Below, in pieces: positions 1 to 13,936 of a stretch of DNA of 64,000 nucleotides; within the stretch, counting starts at the first letter, position 1, and the number at the start of each line of letters is the position of its first letter. This DNA comes from Vermamoeba vermiformis (Eukaryota): contig JBEWZL010000260.1 of assembly GCA_045837725.1 (NCBI GenBank), forward strand, positions 310,001-374,000. Direction: 5' to 3'. Below the pieces are notes generated by a model. That model was given only the letters and a program-made list of their open reading frames with translations. It was not told the DNA's origin and did no database searches. A program made the translations under genes and the position numbers.

Positions 1-397
1 ACGAAGCAACACGACGCCAGACCTTGCGCGACCAAATCCAACGAAGATCCACCTAAATTTCGTTTATTTTCCTTGTTTATCGCTAGCTGCCATCGTGAAA
101 TAAAAAATGCGCGTTATTCGTGACTTTAATGCCATTAAAATCGCCCCTGTGCTCATGTTTCAAAGGGAGAAAAAAAAATTGATGCTTCAGTTGCATCCGC
201 TCAATTAACTCACAAACTAATGTTCCGGGGTTACACTTTCGCGTTTCGAAATCTATATACTGATTTTTTTATTATTTTACATTTTCATTTCGGGCTTTAC
301 GTACAAAATTAATAAATATTGGTTCTTTTTAAAAGGTACCAATTTTCTTGTTGGACAAATGAATCAATATAGTTAATTAACTATAATTAGTTATCCT

Positions 398-3300
398 TCA
401 CATAATGTCCATTTGACTATCATCACCGTGCATAGTATTAGTGTTGCTATAGTCAGCGGCACTAACACTTTCTTCATCGTACGAAATTTCTTCGCCGCCT
501 TCTCCAGCAGCCAATTGCGCACTGAGAATAGTGAGCTCTTGATCTCGCTATAATACAAGCATATTAGCACAATTGTATTAAAAAAGTTTCTTGACCACAT
601 CCGATCCATTACCTTTTGGACCTCTTCTACTACAGTAGCGTATACTTTTTCGACCATAGGGATCAAGTGAGGATTGCGCAGCTCGTTGTACTTGAAGCAG
701 TTCATGCGGATCCACTCAAAGTCACCCAAGAACTCGTCTTTGTCCTTGTATTGCATATCACGGATCTTCTTGCGGATCTCGCCCATATCAATAGGATGTT
801 GAACGATCTCGTAGTAATCAGGTGCTTCTTTAGCTGAAACAGGGTTTCGGAACGGATGCGACTAAACAAAGGTCGTTAGGACACGTCTAAACAAGAAATA
901 CTAATGCCTATTGATGGCTCTAGATCTTACCTCTTCCAACGAATAAGCAGCGCGGAAACACTCTTCCAACAAGTTGGACAAATAGACCTCAGCGCTAGTA
1001 CCGCGTCTAAAGCACAGCATTCGTTAGTACACATGCGCAGTATTATGTTCAAAGTGCTGCAAAGGCGTACCTTGAGGACCGTTTGCGAGCACGACCTGCA
1101 TCTTCGCTGCCGCGTTGACGCTTGCGTGAGCCAGTGCCAGGGTGCTTGAACACTTCTTCGCTATTGGTGGACTTCTTGAGCTTCAGCTTGAGTCCATTAG
1201 CCTCTTCCAAGACGACTTCAGGCTTCTCGTCTTCACCGTCGCCGTCATCTTCATCGTCGTCTTCGAGCTCCGGTTCAATCTCCTCGTCATCATCTTCGTC
1301 CTCCTCTTCGGGCTCGTCAGGCTCGTTATCCTCGTCTTTCCTAATTAGGCAATAAGAGTTAGTACTCCAATCCCAATGGTCTCACTACACGTGTGTTGTT
1401 ACTTACGGTTTGCGGCCGCGTCTTCGTCTTCTGACCTTGACTTCTTTCTCGGGTCCTCCGCTGTCTTCTTCAGTCCACAACGGGCAGACACGATTAGTCT
1501 TCATGTGACCGACCATCCCGCAGCGACTGCAAATAAGCTGTTGCTAGTGTTAGTATCAATTCGTCAAGGAGCAATGACTCTATGACTTACCGCTGGATTG
1601 TAGTTCGGGTGGTTCGTCAAACCTCCATCCAAAATTCCTTTCTCAAAGCGCTCCTTCAAGATCTTTTGGTTCTGCAGGTTTTTCTTTTGACGGCGCAATT
1701 TCTCTTGCAAACGTCGCTTTTCACGACGCAGCAAAATTCTGCGCTGTTCTTCCTCTTCGGACAATTGCAGGCGGAATCTTTTTGCACCACGCTGACGACG
1801 AGCCCGTTGCTTGAGTTGATTTATCAACTCGGGATCTCGAATGATTTCCACGTGCTGACTGAACGAGCCATCTGGATTACGGGTCTATAATAACATATCA
1901 ATTAGACTATCATTATGCTTTTAAAAGCAGGGAGGATCACAAATGCAGCAGCGTTCGATTAAAAGGATGTACAATTGTTACGAAAATTCTTTGCTTCCAG
2001 TATTTGGAAGGTTATGGAATGTTCCAAACGGTTAAAAAATAATTGCAACGATTGCGTGCGGATATATCGTGAGCTCATAAACTGAGATTTCAAACGACAA
2101 TTTTTTTCCGTGTAGATCCACCCTCGCGTGTATGCGGCTGATTGATTTACTACACTTACCGTAACAGTGCGTTTCACGACGTGACCTCCAGTAGAACCGT
2201 CGCTGACGATGGCAGAGACCGTGCCTTGCGTTGGCATGTTCGGAGCACCCGCGCTAATAGCTGTGAAAAAATATCGGCATTAAAATCAATGCAGGACATC
2301 GGATCAATCTTGTATAAGCATATCATGCTCCTATGATTTAAAAATAAAGCGTTCGGAAGTCGGAGGCACCTCCGAAGGTTTGTCAATAAATTTAACCGCT
2401 GTTTCGGAGGAGGTCCGAAAACCAGAAAATCGCATAGTTCCATTGTACACAAATAAATATCGCTATTATACGTAGTATACCGGCTATAAATATGATTTCA
2501 AGCGCATCGAATGCATCGGTAACTTACTAGTGATCTTAGTTTCGATGGTAGCGCCAGGCTTGCCAGAGTTACGAGTCTCGGCCAAAAATTCATCGAGTTC
2601 GCGGGCTTCTTCTTCATTAAGCTCCTCCTATAGTGTACAATACCGTTAATGGAGATGAACAGGCAGATCGTGAAATCCGAAATTTTCATATTTCCAACAA
2701 TTGCTGGACAGTACAGCAACGAGGTGGTAATATAATATAATAGAACGTATACGTACCTCTGATATAGTTGATCGTCTCTTCGATGGCTTGACTGAGCTCT
2801 CATCGGCGATCGAATCCAAGCCATCCAGATCCAAGTCTCTTTCGAGCTCGGCCAAGAGGTCTTCATCTTCGCCTTCATCCGACTCGTAGTCTGAGATATT
2901 CGGGTCATTAGCGCTCAATTCGCGGATCTGATTCTCGAAGATCTTCTGGCACTGTACGGAATTAAAAAATTAGTTAGCGGCTCTAAAGATGCAAAAAAAC
3001 AAGAAATGCCAACGCCCATAATTAATTTGTGTTATATTATATTACTTGCCTTAGTATTGTACTGCTGCTGGTGGTGTTGCATGTTGTATCTGTTACCACG
3101 AGCGAACTTTGAAGTAACGCCCTCGCCACCCGTAGCTTTCAGCTCGCTGGCAAATTCTCGAACTTTTGCAATACGCTTCCTATATACATAATATCGTTAG
3201 TATATGCAACACTGATCTATCTCTAGATTTTGATCTGGATCGAATGTGAATTGGTTCAGCGAAATTTTTATCCGAATGAAAAGAAAACTGTTGCTTAGGA

Positions 3301-6300
3301 GAACCAACATTAACTTTAAATAGCCCCAATTTCATATAAAATCAGCATTATGCAGCTGAAATGCAAAATTGAAACAGAATCTGAGCTAGATGTGGTTAAA
3401 GATACTTACCATCGTCCAAGTTTATCGACTTCTTCTTCTGATAGACCGAATTCAAGGAGTACTTCGCGGGCCTTTTGCAAAGACATCTAATTTCAAGCAG
3501 TTAGTTAAATTCACGGCATCCGTTATGGGCAGCACGTGGGATGTGCGCGAAGATAATTTTTCATGAACGGAAAACTGGATGCCCATGTGACTATCTATAT
3601 TTAGTATAATTGCGGCATTACACTCCGAACGTTCAGTGAATTGATGAGTTTACGGAAATAAAAAACAGGTATAAATCGGAAGCATGTCCGAGCTAATTAA
3701 TCATTCAAAAAAGCAACTCAAGAGCTTAACAACACAACTCAACTACTCATCTCATAAATTAAAAATGGACAAAGCTGCCGTTGAAAGACTTCGCGAATCA
3801 TACGCTTTGGTCGCCAAAGAAAATCCAGTCAGGATCACGGAAGCCTTCTACGACCGAATGTTCAAACACAACCCTGAAGTTCGCCACATGTTCCCTCAAG
3901 ACATGAGCAAGCAGAAGATGGGCCTCGCTAGCGCTTTGTCGTTGGTAATCAAGTCCGCTGACAACTTGGGCAAGATCGAAGATGTGCTCCTCAAGATGGG
4001 TGCTCGCCACGTGGCTTATGGAACCAAGGACGAGCATTACCCCATCGTTGCTGGCAACATGATTGCAACTATTAAGGAGCTCTCAGGCGATGCTTGGCAA
4101 GACCAATGGGAGCAAGACTGGACCACCGCTCTCAATGCCATTGCAGCAGTCATGATTCGCGGCCAAAACGAACAAGTTGCTAAGAACAAAGCCGCCGAAG
4201 CAGCCAACAATTAAATCGAATTACACTGTACTTGTAAATAGAATTTTTGAAAGCAAATCCAAAAAGGATCAAATAAAAAAATTGAAAATAATATCGAAAT
4301 ATTACTGTGAGATTATATTTGATGGTAAAAGTTGGTCAGTGCCCGATCCGAACATGGAACTGGATTCGTAACGAAACAATTACGGAAATAAAGGTAATCA
4401 CATGGCAGCTAGATATTAACGGGAAAATATAACGTACCTTTCGCAAGTCGGCATCAGTACCAGTAACGATGGTTTTGGGCTCCTTGTCTTTTTCGACCTT
4501 CGGATTCGCAACTTTCTGAGCCAAGCGCAAGTAACTGTACGCTTCACCACGGCCAGATGGATCACCAAAACCAGTGATTTGAAGCAAACCCTTGCCTTGC
4601 ATAGCATTGATGAAGTTCTGCGTCAAGTTCCACGACGTCAACTGCAGCTCTTCCTCGATGAACTTGCAGGCTTTACGTAGCGGATGTCCGGCAGGAACTG
4701 ACTGAACAGCTGCTTGCAACGCAGGAGTAACTTGATGCAAGCGTTCCTATACATATGAGCATTATTATATTGTTCACGTTAAGTACTGGCAATTTTGTAA
4801 AGTGAAAAGTTTTTCGCGCACTAAATTCTGAACATATTATAAATCGTTATATTACTTACAATACCAAAGTCGTGCAATCGCTGAGCACCAGCAAGCATAG
4901 ACTCGTATGCACAAACTTCTTCCGGCGAGATCATCTTTCTGATCTCCTCATCTGAAGGTAGCTGGAAGGTGTCCTTCAACAGCCAACTGCCGCAATCATC
5001 TCCTCCTCGACGGAATTCAGCACAGTGCTTCAATCGCTTACGAATGGAGTTATCTGATTGACCAGGGAATGCCGTTGCGACATCCGTAATTTTCAAGTTT
5101 GGCTGCTCAGATGGATTTTCAGTTCTCTTCTCGCGGAAACTAGAAATCGTGTAAGTATAATTCCGTGATTAATATGCATGCAAATCCGAGAAATTATTTC
5201 GGATCTGGATTCATCGATCTTGTACGAGCAGATGTAACTTACACTCTATAGACGAAAGATTGCAAGCGGTTCTTGATGAACTGATTGGCAGTACGAGAGT
5301 TAGGAGCGGGTACTTCAATGAGTGGCTGCAATTGACCGACTGTGTAAGCTGTCGGGATCTCGCGGATCGCAAACTTGTTGTCGGCAGTTTTAATGAGCAA
5401 GAAGTCCGTTGATCGAGCGTTGTGTCGGAACATTGGTGCTTTGTACAAGTTGTTCTCGATTGCTTGGACTGTGGTGCCCTTGGGAATATCACCCAAGAAC
5501 GGTGACATGTCCTCTTCTTCCAACATGATATTGTCACCATCGTTGAACTGAAATCAATCGTTAGGCTCATATAACAATAGGGTCCTATAGTGCAATGATA
5601 CATACCGATAAAGTAGGATTGTCACTTCGATCTTGTTTGCGGTAGTAGTTGCGGATCTTGCTGCCCATGCCCAAGTTGTTCAACATTGGCGGGAACTCTT
5701 CGACGTATTCAGTCAAAATGACGCGACCTTCTCGTGCAGATAAATCTTTTCTGTGACGAATAAGATCTCTCATTAATCCGGAGGCACCCTTCTTTTTGCC
5801 CTTTTCTTTCGGATCTTCTGCCGGGATAACACGCAAGTTGGTATTGAGCGGGAACTTTGTGCGCGGACGATGGAACTCTCGCAACTCTGGAGGCTCCAAA
5901 TGTGTCTTGACCATCATGATCTTCCATGCCGGCAGCGAGTGTTGAATAGTTTTCTCGACACGCTTGCGCATTTGAAGAGCCTTAGTCAAGTAGTAATTGT
6001 CGTTTGAAAGGTTGAACTTGTCAGCCTCCTATTGTGCATGTCCGTTAGTATATGAATAACATATTGCGCCTGAAAACTTACTCTTCCGCGACCCATGAAA
6101 ATGCCAGACATCAGCACACGATTAGGCAACATCAAGTGACGACGTTTGCCTGATCTACCACGGCCTCGCTTGACAGGGACAGCACCAGGAACTGCACCTT
6201 CGAGTCGATCCAAATCTTGGTTCTCGTCTTCGAAGATCATCTGGTCGTCGTTGAGATCCAGCACAAGTCTGAAGTGGATCTTCTTCGCACTGGGCGATGT

Positions 6301-8134
6301 GTCGTCCCAAACGATATCGCTGAGCCATTTGCCGGACGAAAGTTCAACGTTCTTTGTCGTGTCTTCTTCCAATTCCATCGGCAAAAGCTCGTCAGGGTGT
6401 TTGAGATCCTCGTCGATCGCCGCTTGCGAGATTTCACCTGCAGCGGTGAAAGGGGCTGGTGTGGTAACTGGCGGTTGCTCGCCTTCCATGTTACTGCTGG
6501 CATTATTTACAATGTTGGCGCTGTGGTTACTATTGTTATTAAATACAGATAAAGGTGTTTGTGGTTGTGGTGTGGTTGGTGGTAATGATGGGTCTGGTTT
6601 GATATCCATTGAAGCCGACTCTGATTGGTCAGTTTCTGGTTTGACTTGAACGTCAGGAACTGATACAACATTTGCCCAACTGGGAACTTCAATATTAGGT
6701 GCAAACGTAATCTCGTTAGGCTTGAATGCGGTCGACATCCTTAGTGGTGAATGCTCGCTAGTAGACCTGTCATTGCTCGTTAGGACAAGTGTCAAAATGT
6801 CACTCGAGCAGGTACTTACAGTTCAGTGTCTTCAATCTCCATACTTTGGGCACCATCAACATCCCACATAATGTCGTCTTCCCATTCGTACTGTTCGACT
6901 AACTCGAATCGCTCATCGTGCGACCAGAGTTTGACAGCTTTGTCAGGGAGGTCTTCTGGCTTCTTCAAAGGAAATCCGATTTCACCAGTCTCTTCTCGCT
7001 TTTCTTTTTCTTCAGTAGCGATTGACTCGGCAGTTTGAACTGTGCGTGCTTCGGAAGGGTCAAGTGGAACTTCAAATACTTGCACCTCGTCCTTAGCGTA
7101 ATCGTACTTGACACGATCTTCTGGGAATTTGACTGCTCACGATAAATTAGTAACCTGAATTGCGACCGCATTAATTTTTCGTACCTGTTTTACGAGGACG
7201 CGCAATGTCACTCTCCGGTGCGAACATTTCAGAAAATTTCAGAATCGGGCCTTCGTTGCCGATCTGATAGCTGTACATATCGGGAGTGACTGTCGTGGGA
7301 GCATTACGCAAGCGTTTGGAGACTTCAGATAATGACTAACACGTGATAAGATCAAAAAAATGTCACGCGAAAAAAAAGGTGTCAAAACGTACCCGTAGCG
7401 ACCGCAGCATGGAACTGAACTTGTTAGTCTGTTTTTTCTTCTCTTTCTTCATTCTAGCCTCTTCAGGTGTTTCCTCCGGTTCCTCAGGTTCAGGAGCAGG
7501 AGTAGAAGGTTCAGCGGCCTTTGTCTGTGCTCCAGGTGTGGCTGGAGTTTCAGTGCTCTGTGCTGGCTTTTCGCCGTCATAATCATAATCCTCTTCTTCC
7601 AATCGCTTCTTTTTTAATGCAAGTGCGTCCACATTTTGGAACTTGGCGTTGCTAGCTGGACGCGCGTCATCGTCAGCCAACTCGTCTATATCCTCGTAAT
7701 CGACTGCATTGGCACTTTTCTTGTTATAATCTACAAGATCATCAATATCTGCACAATGGGCATGTATTAGACACGCGACAAGCTTACCAGTATTATCGGC
7801 CTTATCAGACTTCTCTCCTTTAATTCCAATTACGTCCCCGAAAAATTTTTCTGCAAGCGATCCGGTGAGCGAAGAGAGATATTTGCGTGTTTCCTGTTAA
7901 TAAATCGCTAAGCCATTAAATCCAAAAAATTATTAAAATGTTGAAATTTTTTGTGAAGCAATTAGGGCTCATTTTGCCTCGTAAAAATCAAATAATCCAT
8001 TATCGGTTTTACAAAATAATTTATAAATAATTGTTGGGCCTTACCGGGTCAAGATCTGGATTGTCTAATTCTCCCCTCTCATTAACGTTACCGAATAAAA
8101 TTTCGGCACCAATGTCGCCTCCGCTGTTTGACAT
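398..8134 (-). CDS. TAF1: TFIID subunit 1 (multi-exon)
   Basis: N-terminal ILFGNVNERGEL (TAND-like); central conserved region (EYVEEFPPML, PEEVCAYESM, GFGDPSGRGEAYSY, VTGTDADLRK); zinc knuckle CSRCGMVGHMKTNRVC at about 1455-1510; C-terminal bromodomain (NCFKYN). ATG 8134, TGA 398-400. Confidence 0.95.
3765..4214 (+). CDS. Single-domain globin (flavohaemoglobin/Vitreoscilla-type), intronless, nested in TAF1 intron
   Basis: 149 aa with AFYDRMF (B10 Tyr), RHMF (CD1 Phe), KQK (E7 Gln), ARHVAYG (F8 His), HYPIV, W..A..AIA. Confidence 0.92.
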   Translation: MDKAAVERLRESYALVAKENPVRITEAFYDRMFKHNPEVRHMFPQDMSKQKMGLASALSLVIKSADNLGKIEDVLLKMGARHVAYGTKDEHYPIVAGNMIATIKELSGDAWQDQWEQDWTTALNAIAAVMIRGQNEQVAKNKAAEAANN

Positions 8135-8442
8135 TGTGAATGCTTATAGCGTTTGGTGATTATTGTATGGTATTTTTCCCAATCTATCGATGCGCGGGAT
8201 ACATCTGATCTTGAAAATTTGCTTTGTTGTTTTAAAAATGGACCTATACACTCCAGCTAGGCTGTATTTCCTTTTTTAGTGAAAGTGTAGGGTACGTGAG
8301 ACAGGTCAAGTACGAAGCAAAAACAGACATAAAAGTTTGTCAGGCGGCCGATCCGGTAAAATTTTGTTTTGGGACATTTGCAAAAAATACAAAAACCGGT
8401 TTTCGCCATTTGGTTCAACCCGATCGTAACAAGATAACACAA

Positions 8443-8727
8443 ATGAGTCGAGGACAAGCGGGACAAAACCAACTAACTCCATACGACGAACAGTATTTGG
8501 AGGATGTGGTGAGGAGCATCGAAGAAGGAGGCACTCTACAAGCGGTAGTCAACAAATTGACTTCAACCTGTTGGAAGACTTGTTTTGGAAAGAGTCCTTC
8601 GTTCCCATTATCAAACAAAGACAAGGAATGCTTAGTAAATTGCGCCACAAAATACACCGAAACTTCATCGTTTTTGATAGATGTGCTTGCTGAAGAAGCC
8701 GCAGCCGAAGTGCGAAAAAAACAGTAA
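8443..8727 (+). CDS. Small Tim chaperone (Tim8/Tim13 family)
   Basis: 94 aa with twin CX3C motif CWKTC...CLVNC. Confidence 0.85.
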   Translation: MSRGQAGQNQLTPYDEQYLEDVVRSIEEGGTLQAVVNKLTSTCWKTCFGKSPSFPLSNKDKECLVNCATKYTETSSFLIDVLAEEAAAEVRKKQ

Positions 8728-8994
8728 ATAAATTGTAAATATTATTAGCGATTTAATTCGGTATTATTATCATTATATTGCTGAATTCATTTAGATCCGA
8801 GTTTATTTTCTTTGTTAGTTTCTTTAAAATACAAGGTTAATTGATATTAAAGTCTATCAATGAGTCTAATGTACAATCGTTTATAAATTACTACCAAAAT
8901 TTTTCTGGCTGTCCAATGTCCTTTTCAGTTGGATTCGCAAGCCAATCAAAATTATAATACAAAATATTCTTCTCGGTCAAGCTCGTGTTAGCTC

Positions 8995-11900
8995 TTAACC
9001 TCCGTAGAAGCTTGCGAATGATCCGTTGTTTCGACGCCTGGATCTGGCTTCCTCGGTGAGGCATTTCCTGAATGGCTTATCATACTCGATTTTGCTGTTC
9101 CTCCAGAGCTGGCATTCCTCTGATGCCCGCCAGAGTTGATCGCTGCTGACACCGTCGAGCTCGACATTGACGCTGATAGGCGGACAGGGATTGCCAACAG
9201 GTTTTTCTGGAGCAGATCCCTTTGGTGAGACAATCGCTGGTGGACCTTGTTTAATGCTGGGCTCTCGCTTGAAGCGTGGCACTGGCACTGCCTCGGGGAC
9301 TAGAGCGTCCCAAGCTTCGCGATTGGCCTGGTAGTCGTTGGTGAGCTTCTCCAAAATGACGAGCAGATCTGCACACGAAGGTCTGTCTTCTTGTCTTTCG
9401 TGCCAGCAGAACTTGATGAGATTAGCAATAGGTTCAGGACAATTAGCGGGGATCGTTGGTCGCAGTTTCTTCGTAGCTGCCTTAACGATAACTTGGAAAT
9501 CATGTTGAATTTCTTTGTACTCCGCAAACGGTCGATCGTGTTTGCCAGTCAACAATCGGTTAACCATCTCCCATAAAACGATACCAATACTATATACATC
9601 ACTCTTAGTTGTGAAAGTAGCGCCGTGGTAGAGTTCGGGAGCTGTGTAAGCGTAGGTACCACGAAGCTTGCCAAGAGTGGTCAAGTTTTGATCATCAGCG
9701 ATAATTCGTGATAATCCAAAGTCGCAAACCTTGATCTTATTATCTTTGTCGATCTGCAAACAAGGATTAGATAATTGGCTCATTCATCAATGTCGTATCC
9801 AGGTGGCAACTTACCAACAAGTTTGGCGTCTTCAAGTCACGATGGACGATCTGAGGCTTCCATAAATGCAAGCAGTTGACACCTCTGATAGTTTCAGTGA
9901 TCCATTTCAAAAGCAAGTCCCATGTGAACTTGAGTCGCATGTCGTGCATGTACTGGTACAATGAACCTCTAGGGCAGTACTCGAGGACCATACAGAGCTT
10001 GGGCTCCAATGCTGCGCCGATAAAGTTGACGACATATTCTGATTTGAGGAAGCTGAGCACTTCGAGCTCCTTCTTAAAGTCTTCCAGATCTCGTTTTTGT
10101 GTTTCGAGGCGGAGTACTTTAATCGCAACTTCTTCGTCTTTGTAGGTTCCTTTGTAAACTATAACATCATAGTTAGTATCTAACTGCTGAGCACTATGAA
10201 TATATAATGTTGACAACGTACCAACTGATGAAGTACCCTTGCCCAAAACTTCAACAAAGTACAAATCATCGTACTCCATGAGCCATTCAGGTTTCTACAA
10301 TCATTGTATTAGCATTGACTTAAATATGGCATGTCATTGTCACGTACCAAGGTATCTCGGATGTTTTTCTTAGTCTCGATAGTAAATTTAGGCGTTGATT
10401 GTTCCGACGACTCTGGCCCTTGCGAGTCGGTGGATGCGTTCATGTTATTTGAGGCTCCATGAGATTCGCCAGATTGGCCAGTACGACTAGTTCATAGTTA
10501 GTCACCGCCATAGCACTTAATAGGATTTGCTGTTACGTACCCGAGGGGTGAGTTGGGATCGCTCGCCGACGCTGTGTCTGTAGAGGCGGTGTTGCTTGCT
10601 GGAATTGAAACTGAAGCCTTTCGCTCTCCTTTAGTGTCGCTAACAACTATAACACCCATAACAATAATTAGGAATTTTTGTCAATTTTTAAAATTAATTT
10701 TGCTCATACCGGAAGGATCGGCTGGGCCACTGTAACCCGCAACGCGTCCCAAATCCAAATGGGTAACGCTAGTATGACCACATCCGCAAACAGCACCATG
10801 GGACTTCGGGTTGTACTTCAAGCACTTGCAAGGTGGCTTGCAAGCACCACGTGTAACACCGTACGCAACGGCAAAGTCAGGTTCTTCAGGCTTGGGAGGA
10901 TCGCTAATCGATGTTGCGCGGTTGTGAATCTTAGGAGAGTTAATGCTGCCATCATTGGCACGTGTGCGCGAGGGAGATTTGCCGCCAGGGCTTTCTACGT
11001 CATCAGATCCATCACCCTACGTGCATTAAAGCCGTTAATCGCTCTGCCGCTATTAGAATATTCACTTGAATTCACTTGATTCAGTACTACATACCTTCTT
11101 CTTGTGCTTGCCCTCGCCGCTTACAGAGTGGGCTCGACTTCGAGAAAGAGCGGATGTAAACTTGCTCAAGAAGCTCTTCGATTCTTTCGTGCCGCTCTCC
11201 TCTTCTACGGAGTTCTCCGTGCTCTATTACATCGATTAATAACTTGTCTTTCGGTATACGATTTAAATTTAAAATTTTGATTCAATCGGCCGATAACGAT
11301 CTGGATGGCGGTAAAACGTTTACTTGTTTGCTTATTAAAAATAAGTACTTACGCGATCGCCATCCTTTCCTTTCTTCTTCTTTCGCCAAGATTTAATCTT
11401 ATCCTTCTTTCTCTTCTTAATTTTAATATCTCCTTTTCCGGATACTTCACCTTCCGTGTTCGAATCCTCTCCCATGCTAACTTCTTCGGTTGAAGCAACA
11501 CGTTTGATTCTTCCCTTAACTGGACTCTCGGACGCTGAAGGCTCGTTTTCGGGTATTTGTAGGTCAGCAGGCGGTGTGTAAACTGGAATCTCGATGCCCA
11601 TCTCCTTCAGTTTGGTGTACACGAACGTGAGCTCGTCTTCCAACAACAAAATTCGCTTCTTATCTTCTCTAGCGTTAGCATTCAGCAACCCAATCTTCTC
11701 TTTCAATTTATCATTCTGAATCATGCTAAAATTGTGCAATCGTCGAAGTTCCCTTTCGATCGCCATACAATCCTCGTGCTGATTGCGGCCTTGGTACTTG
11801 AGGCGTTCACCCTCTCCTCGTCGTCTATCTACATCGGGTGTGGTGGGTAAGCTTGCTGAAACGACGTTTAAAGACTGGCTGCCCATTAAACTTCCGCTTG

Positions 11901-12498
11901 GTTTGGGCCTGTTATTGTTGGTGGAAGTATTTTCTGCATCTGTATTATTACTGCTGCTTGAACTACTGTTGGTATTAATTTGTTCACTATCTCGACGATC
12001 ATCTTCCGTTATTCGCTTATTTTCTGGAGAGGTGGCTGAATTTTTAATTTCGGTGGGAGATTTAGGTGGTGAATCCAACCGTTTTTTTGCGTTGTCCGGG
12101 GAAGCGCTATTTGTGCTTGTTCCGTTAGGAGTCTTTGCATCGATATCCTTAGATTCGATATTTACTGAATTTCGTGCTGCAGAGCGTGGTGTAGTTGGAG
12201 TGTTGGTTTTCTCGGCTGCATTCGCTGTGCTTTCAATCTGTCTTGCAATAGACTTGACCGTTGATGCTCTAGCTAAGGGACTAGCGCTTGATGTCGAATT
12301 ACTCCTCGGTGATCGTGGTGAGCGCGGCGTATTTGAACCTTCACTATCGCTCTTCTCGTCATCGCTGATTCGGTAGGCTCGATCTACAAAACTCTGTGTT
12401 GCTCGTCTTTCCCAAATCAAAATCTTGGAATCAATTTCCTTGATGACAGCCTTGCGTTCCTTATCCACTCGGATGGTTACTGATGGGTTTTTTCGTAT
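8995..12498 (-). CDS. TKL-group protein kinase with long S/N-rich and coiled-coil N-terminus (5' end uncertain)
   Basis: LGKGTSS, VAIK, HRDLKTPNLL, DFGLSR, GTYAYTAPE, SDVYSIG, CW...RP across several exons. Confidence 0.88.
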
Positions 12499-12770
12499 CT
12501 GCCATCCAAATTAACCGTTAAAAATTTATAAATTAATAATTAGCGCCCAATCAGCAAAATTCCATCTCTCATAAATAAATAGTCCAACGAGAAATAACTT
12601 GGACAATATTCTCGTTCTCTGTGGGCGTAATTGAAAAAAAATTCAATTTTCAGCCAAGACATTTTTTGTTCGGTCAAAAACCGGGCTTAACATTTGTGGT
12701 TAAGTCAGACTTTTTGTCCTCGACACATTTCACAGAACACCACGAGTGAGTTCATAACAACGACACGAAC

Positions 12771-13819
12771 ATGTTATCAACAAGCTCACGTTTGTTTCGG
12801 TCGATCCGTTCGAAGGCCAGATGCCCTAACACCGCTCATGCGACGACACGACCTAAGAACTTATTTCAATCAAAAAAATATAGTACTACTAGTGGCAATG
12901 CTGGAGCCCCAAAGCAGATGAAATCTGGCGTAAGCATTCAAGGATAATTATTTTATTAATTTTCGAATATTAATGAATAATCTAGAGAGGCTTATGGTTA
13001 GGCACTGGCTTATTTGCCGCGACAGGTGGCGGTATTTTATACTTATTTTTACGAGAGAAACGAAAGAGAGAAGAAGGTGAGTTGGTTTTTTGTTCAATCT
13101 GGATCTCGATCTCATTCTCGGTCTACAGCTCTTGCCGTCAAAACTATTGGTACTCCCAAGATTGGAGGAAACTTTACTTTGGTCGACCAAGACGGTATTC
13201 CTCGAACATCTAACTCATTCAAGGGCGATTATGTTCTTGTTTATTTTGGCTTCACGTACTGTCCTGACATCTGCCCAACTGAACTGACGAAGATGGCTGC
13301 CGTGGTAAACAATATAGGTGAGTGCGGACGCGTATTAGGCCACTGTTTCATTAACTAATCCTCCGTAGACGCTGCCTTTGGCCCAGTAATTCAGCCTCTT
13401 TTCATCACTGTAGATCCATGGCGAGACGATATTGCTCGTGTTAGAGGTTACGTGAAAAGTACGTAAATACGATGTTATAGTTATTTCCTTATAGTAATGC
13501 ATGTCTAGACTTCCATCCAAGAATGATTGGCCTGACGGGCACTCCAGATCAAGTTCAACAAGTCACAAAAGCGTATCGTGTCTATTTTAGCAAACCTCCT
13601 CAAAAAGAAGACAGCGAAGATTACTTACTGGACCACTCTATATTCATTTACATGTTGGATCGTGACGGCAAGTTCGTCGATTACTTTGGTGTGAATAAGG
13701 ACGTAGTAGAAATTACACAAAAAGTTAAACAACACATTAGAGAGCGCGATCAGTTGCCTGAATCGTTATTAGAGAAGATTAAAGCTTTGTGGCCGTTCGG
13801 CAAAGAGGACGAGTACTAA
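12771..13819 (+). CDS. SCO1: SCO1/SenC cytochrome c oxidase copper chaperone
   Basis: R/S-rich presequence MLSTSSRLFRSIRS, TM segment, YFGFTYCPDICP, FITVDP, YLLDHS. Confidence 0.95.
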
Positions 13820-13936
13820 TAAAGCTGAAGTTTACATTCACTTCCGCGAGGGTACATACATTTTATTATACAAATATTCGCTCTATTACATTATATACAA
13901 GTTTTATTTTGCAAGAGCTTTTCTCAATTTAGTCCT

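Noticed and set aside
1-95. Possible start of another minus-strand gene at the window edge
   Set aside because: Too little sequence to establish frame or identity.
2350-2422. Short inverted repeats (CGGAGG/CCTCCG) in a TAF1 intron as snoRNA or MITE
   Set aside because: No convincing C/D or H/ACA boxes and no TSD; too short to support.
11783-12376. Long antisense ORFs (also 6146-6649, 38719-39144, 58086-58493)
   Set aside because: Shadows of real genes on the opposite strand.
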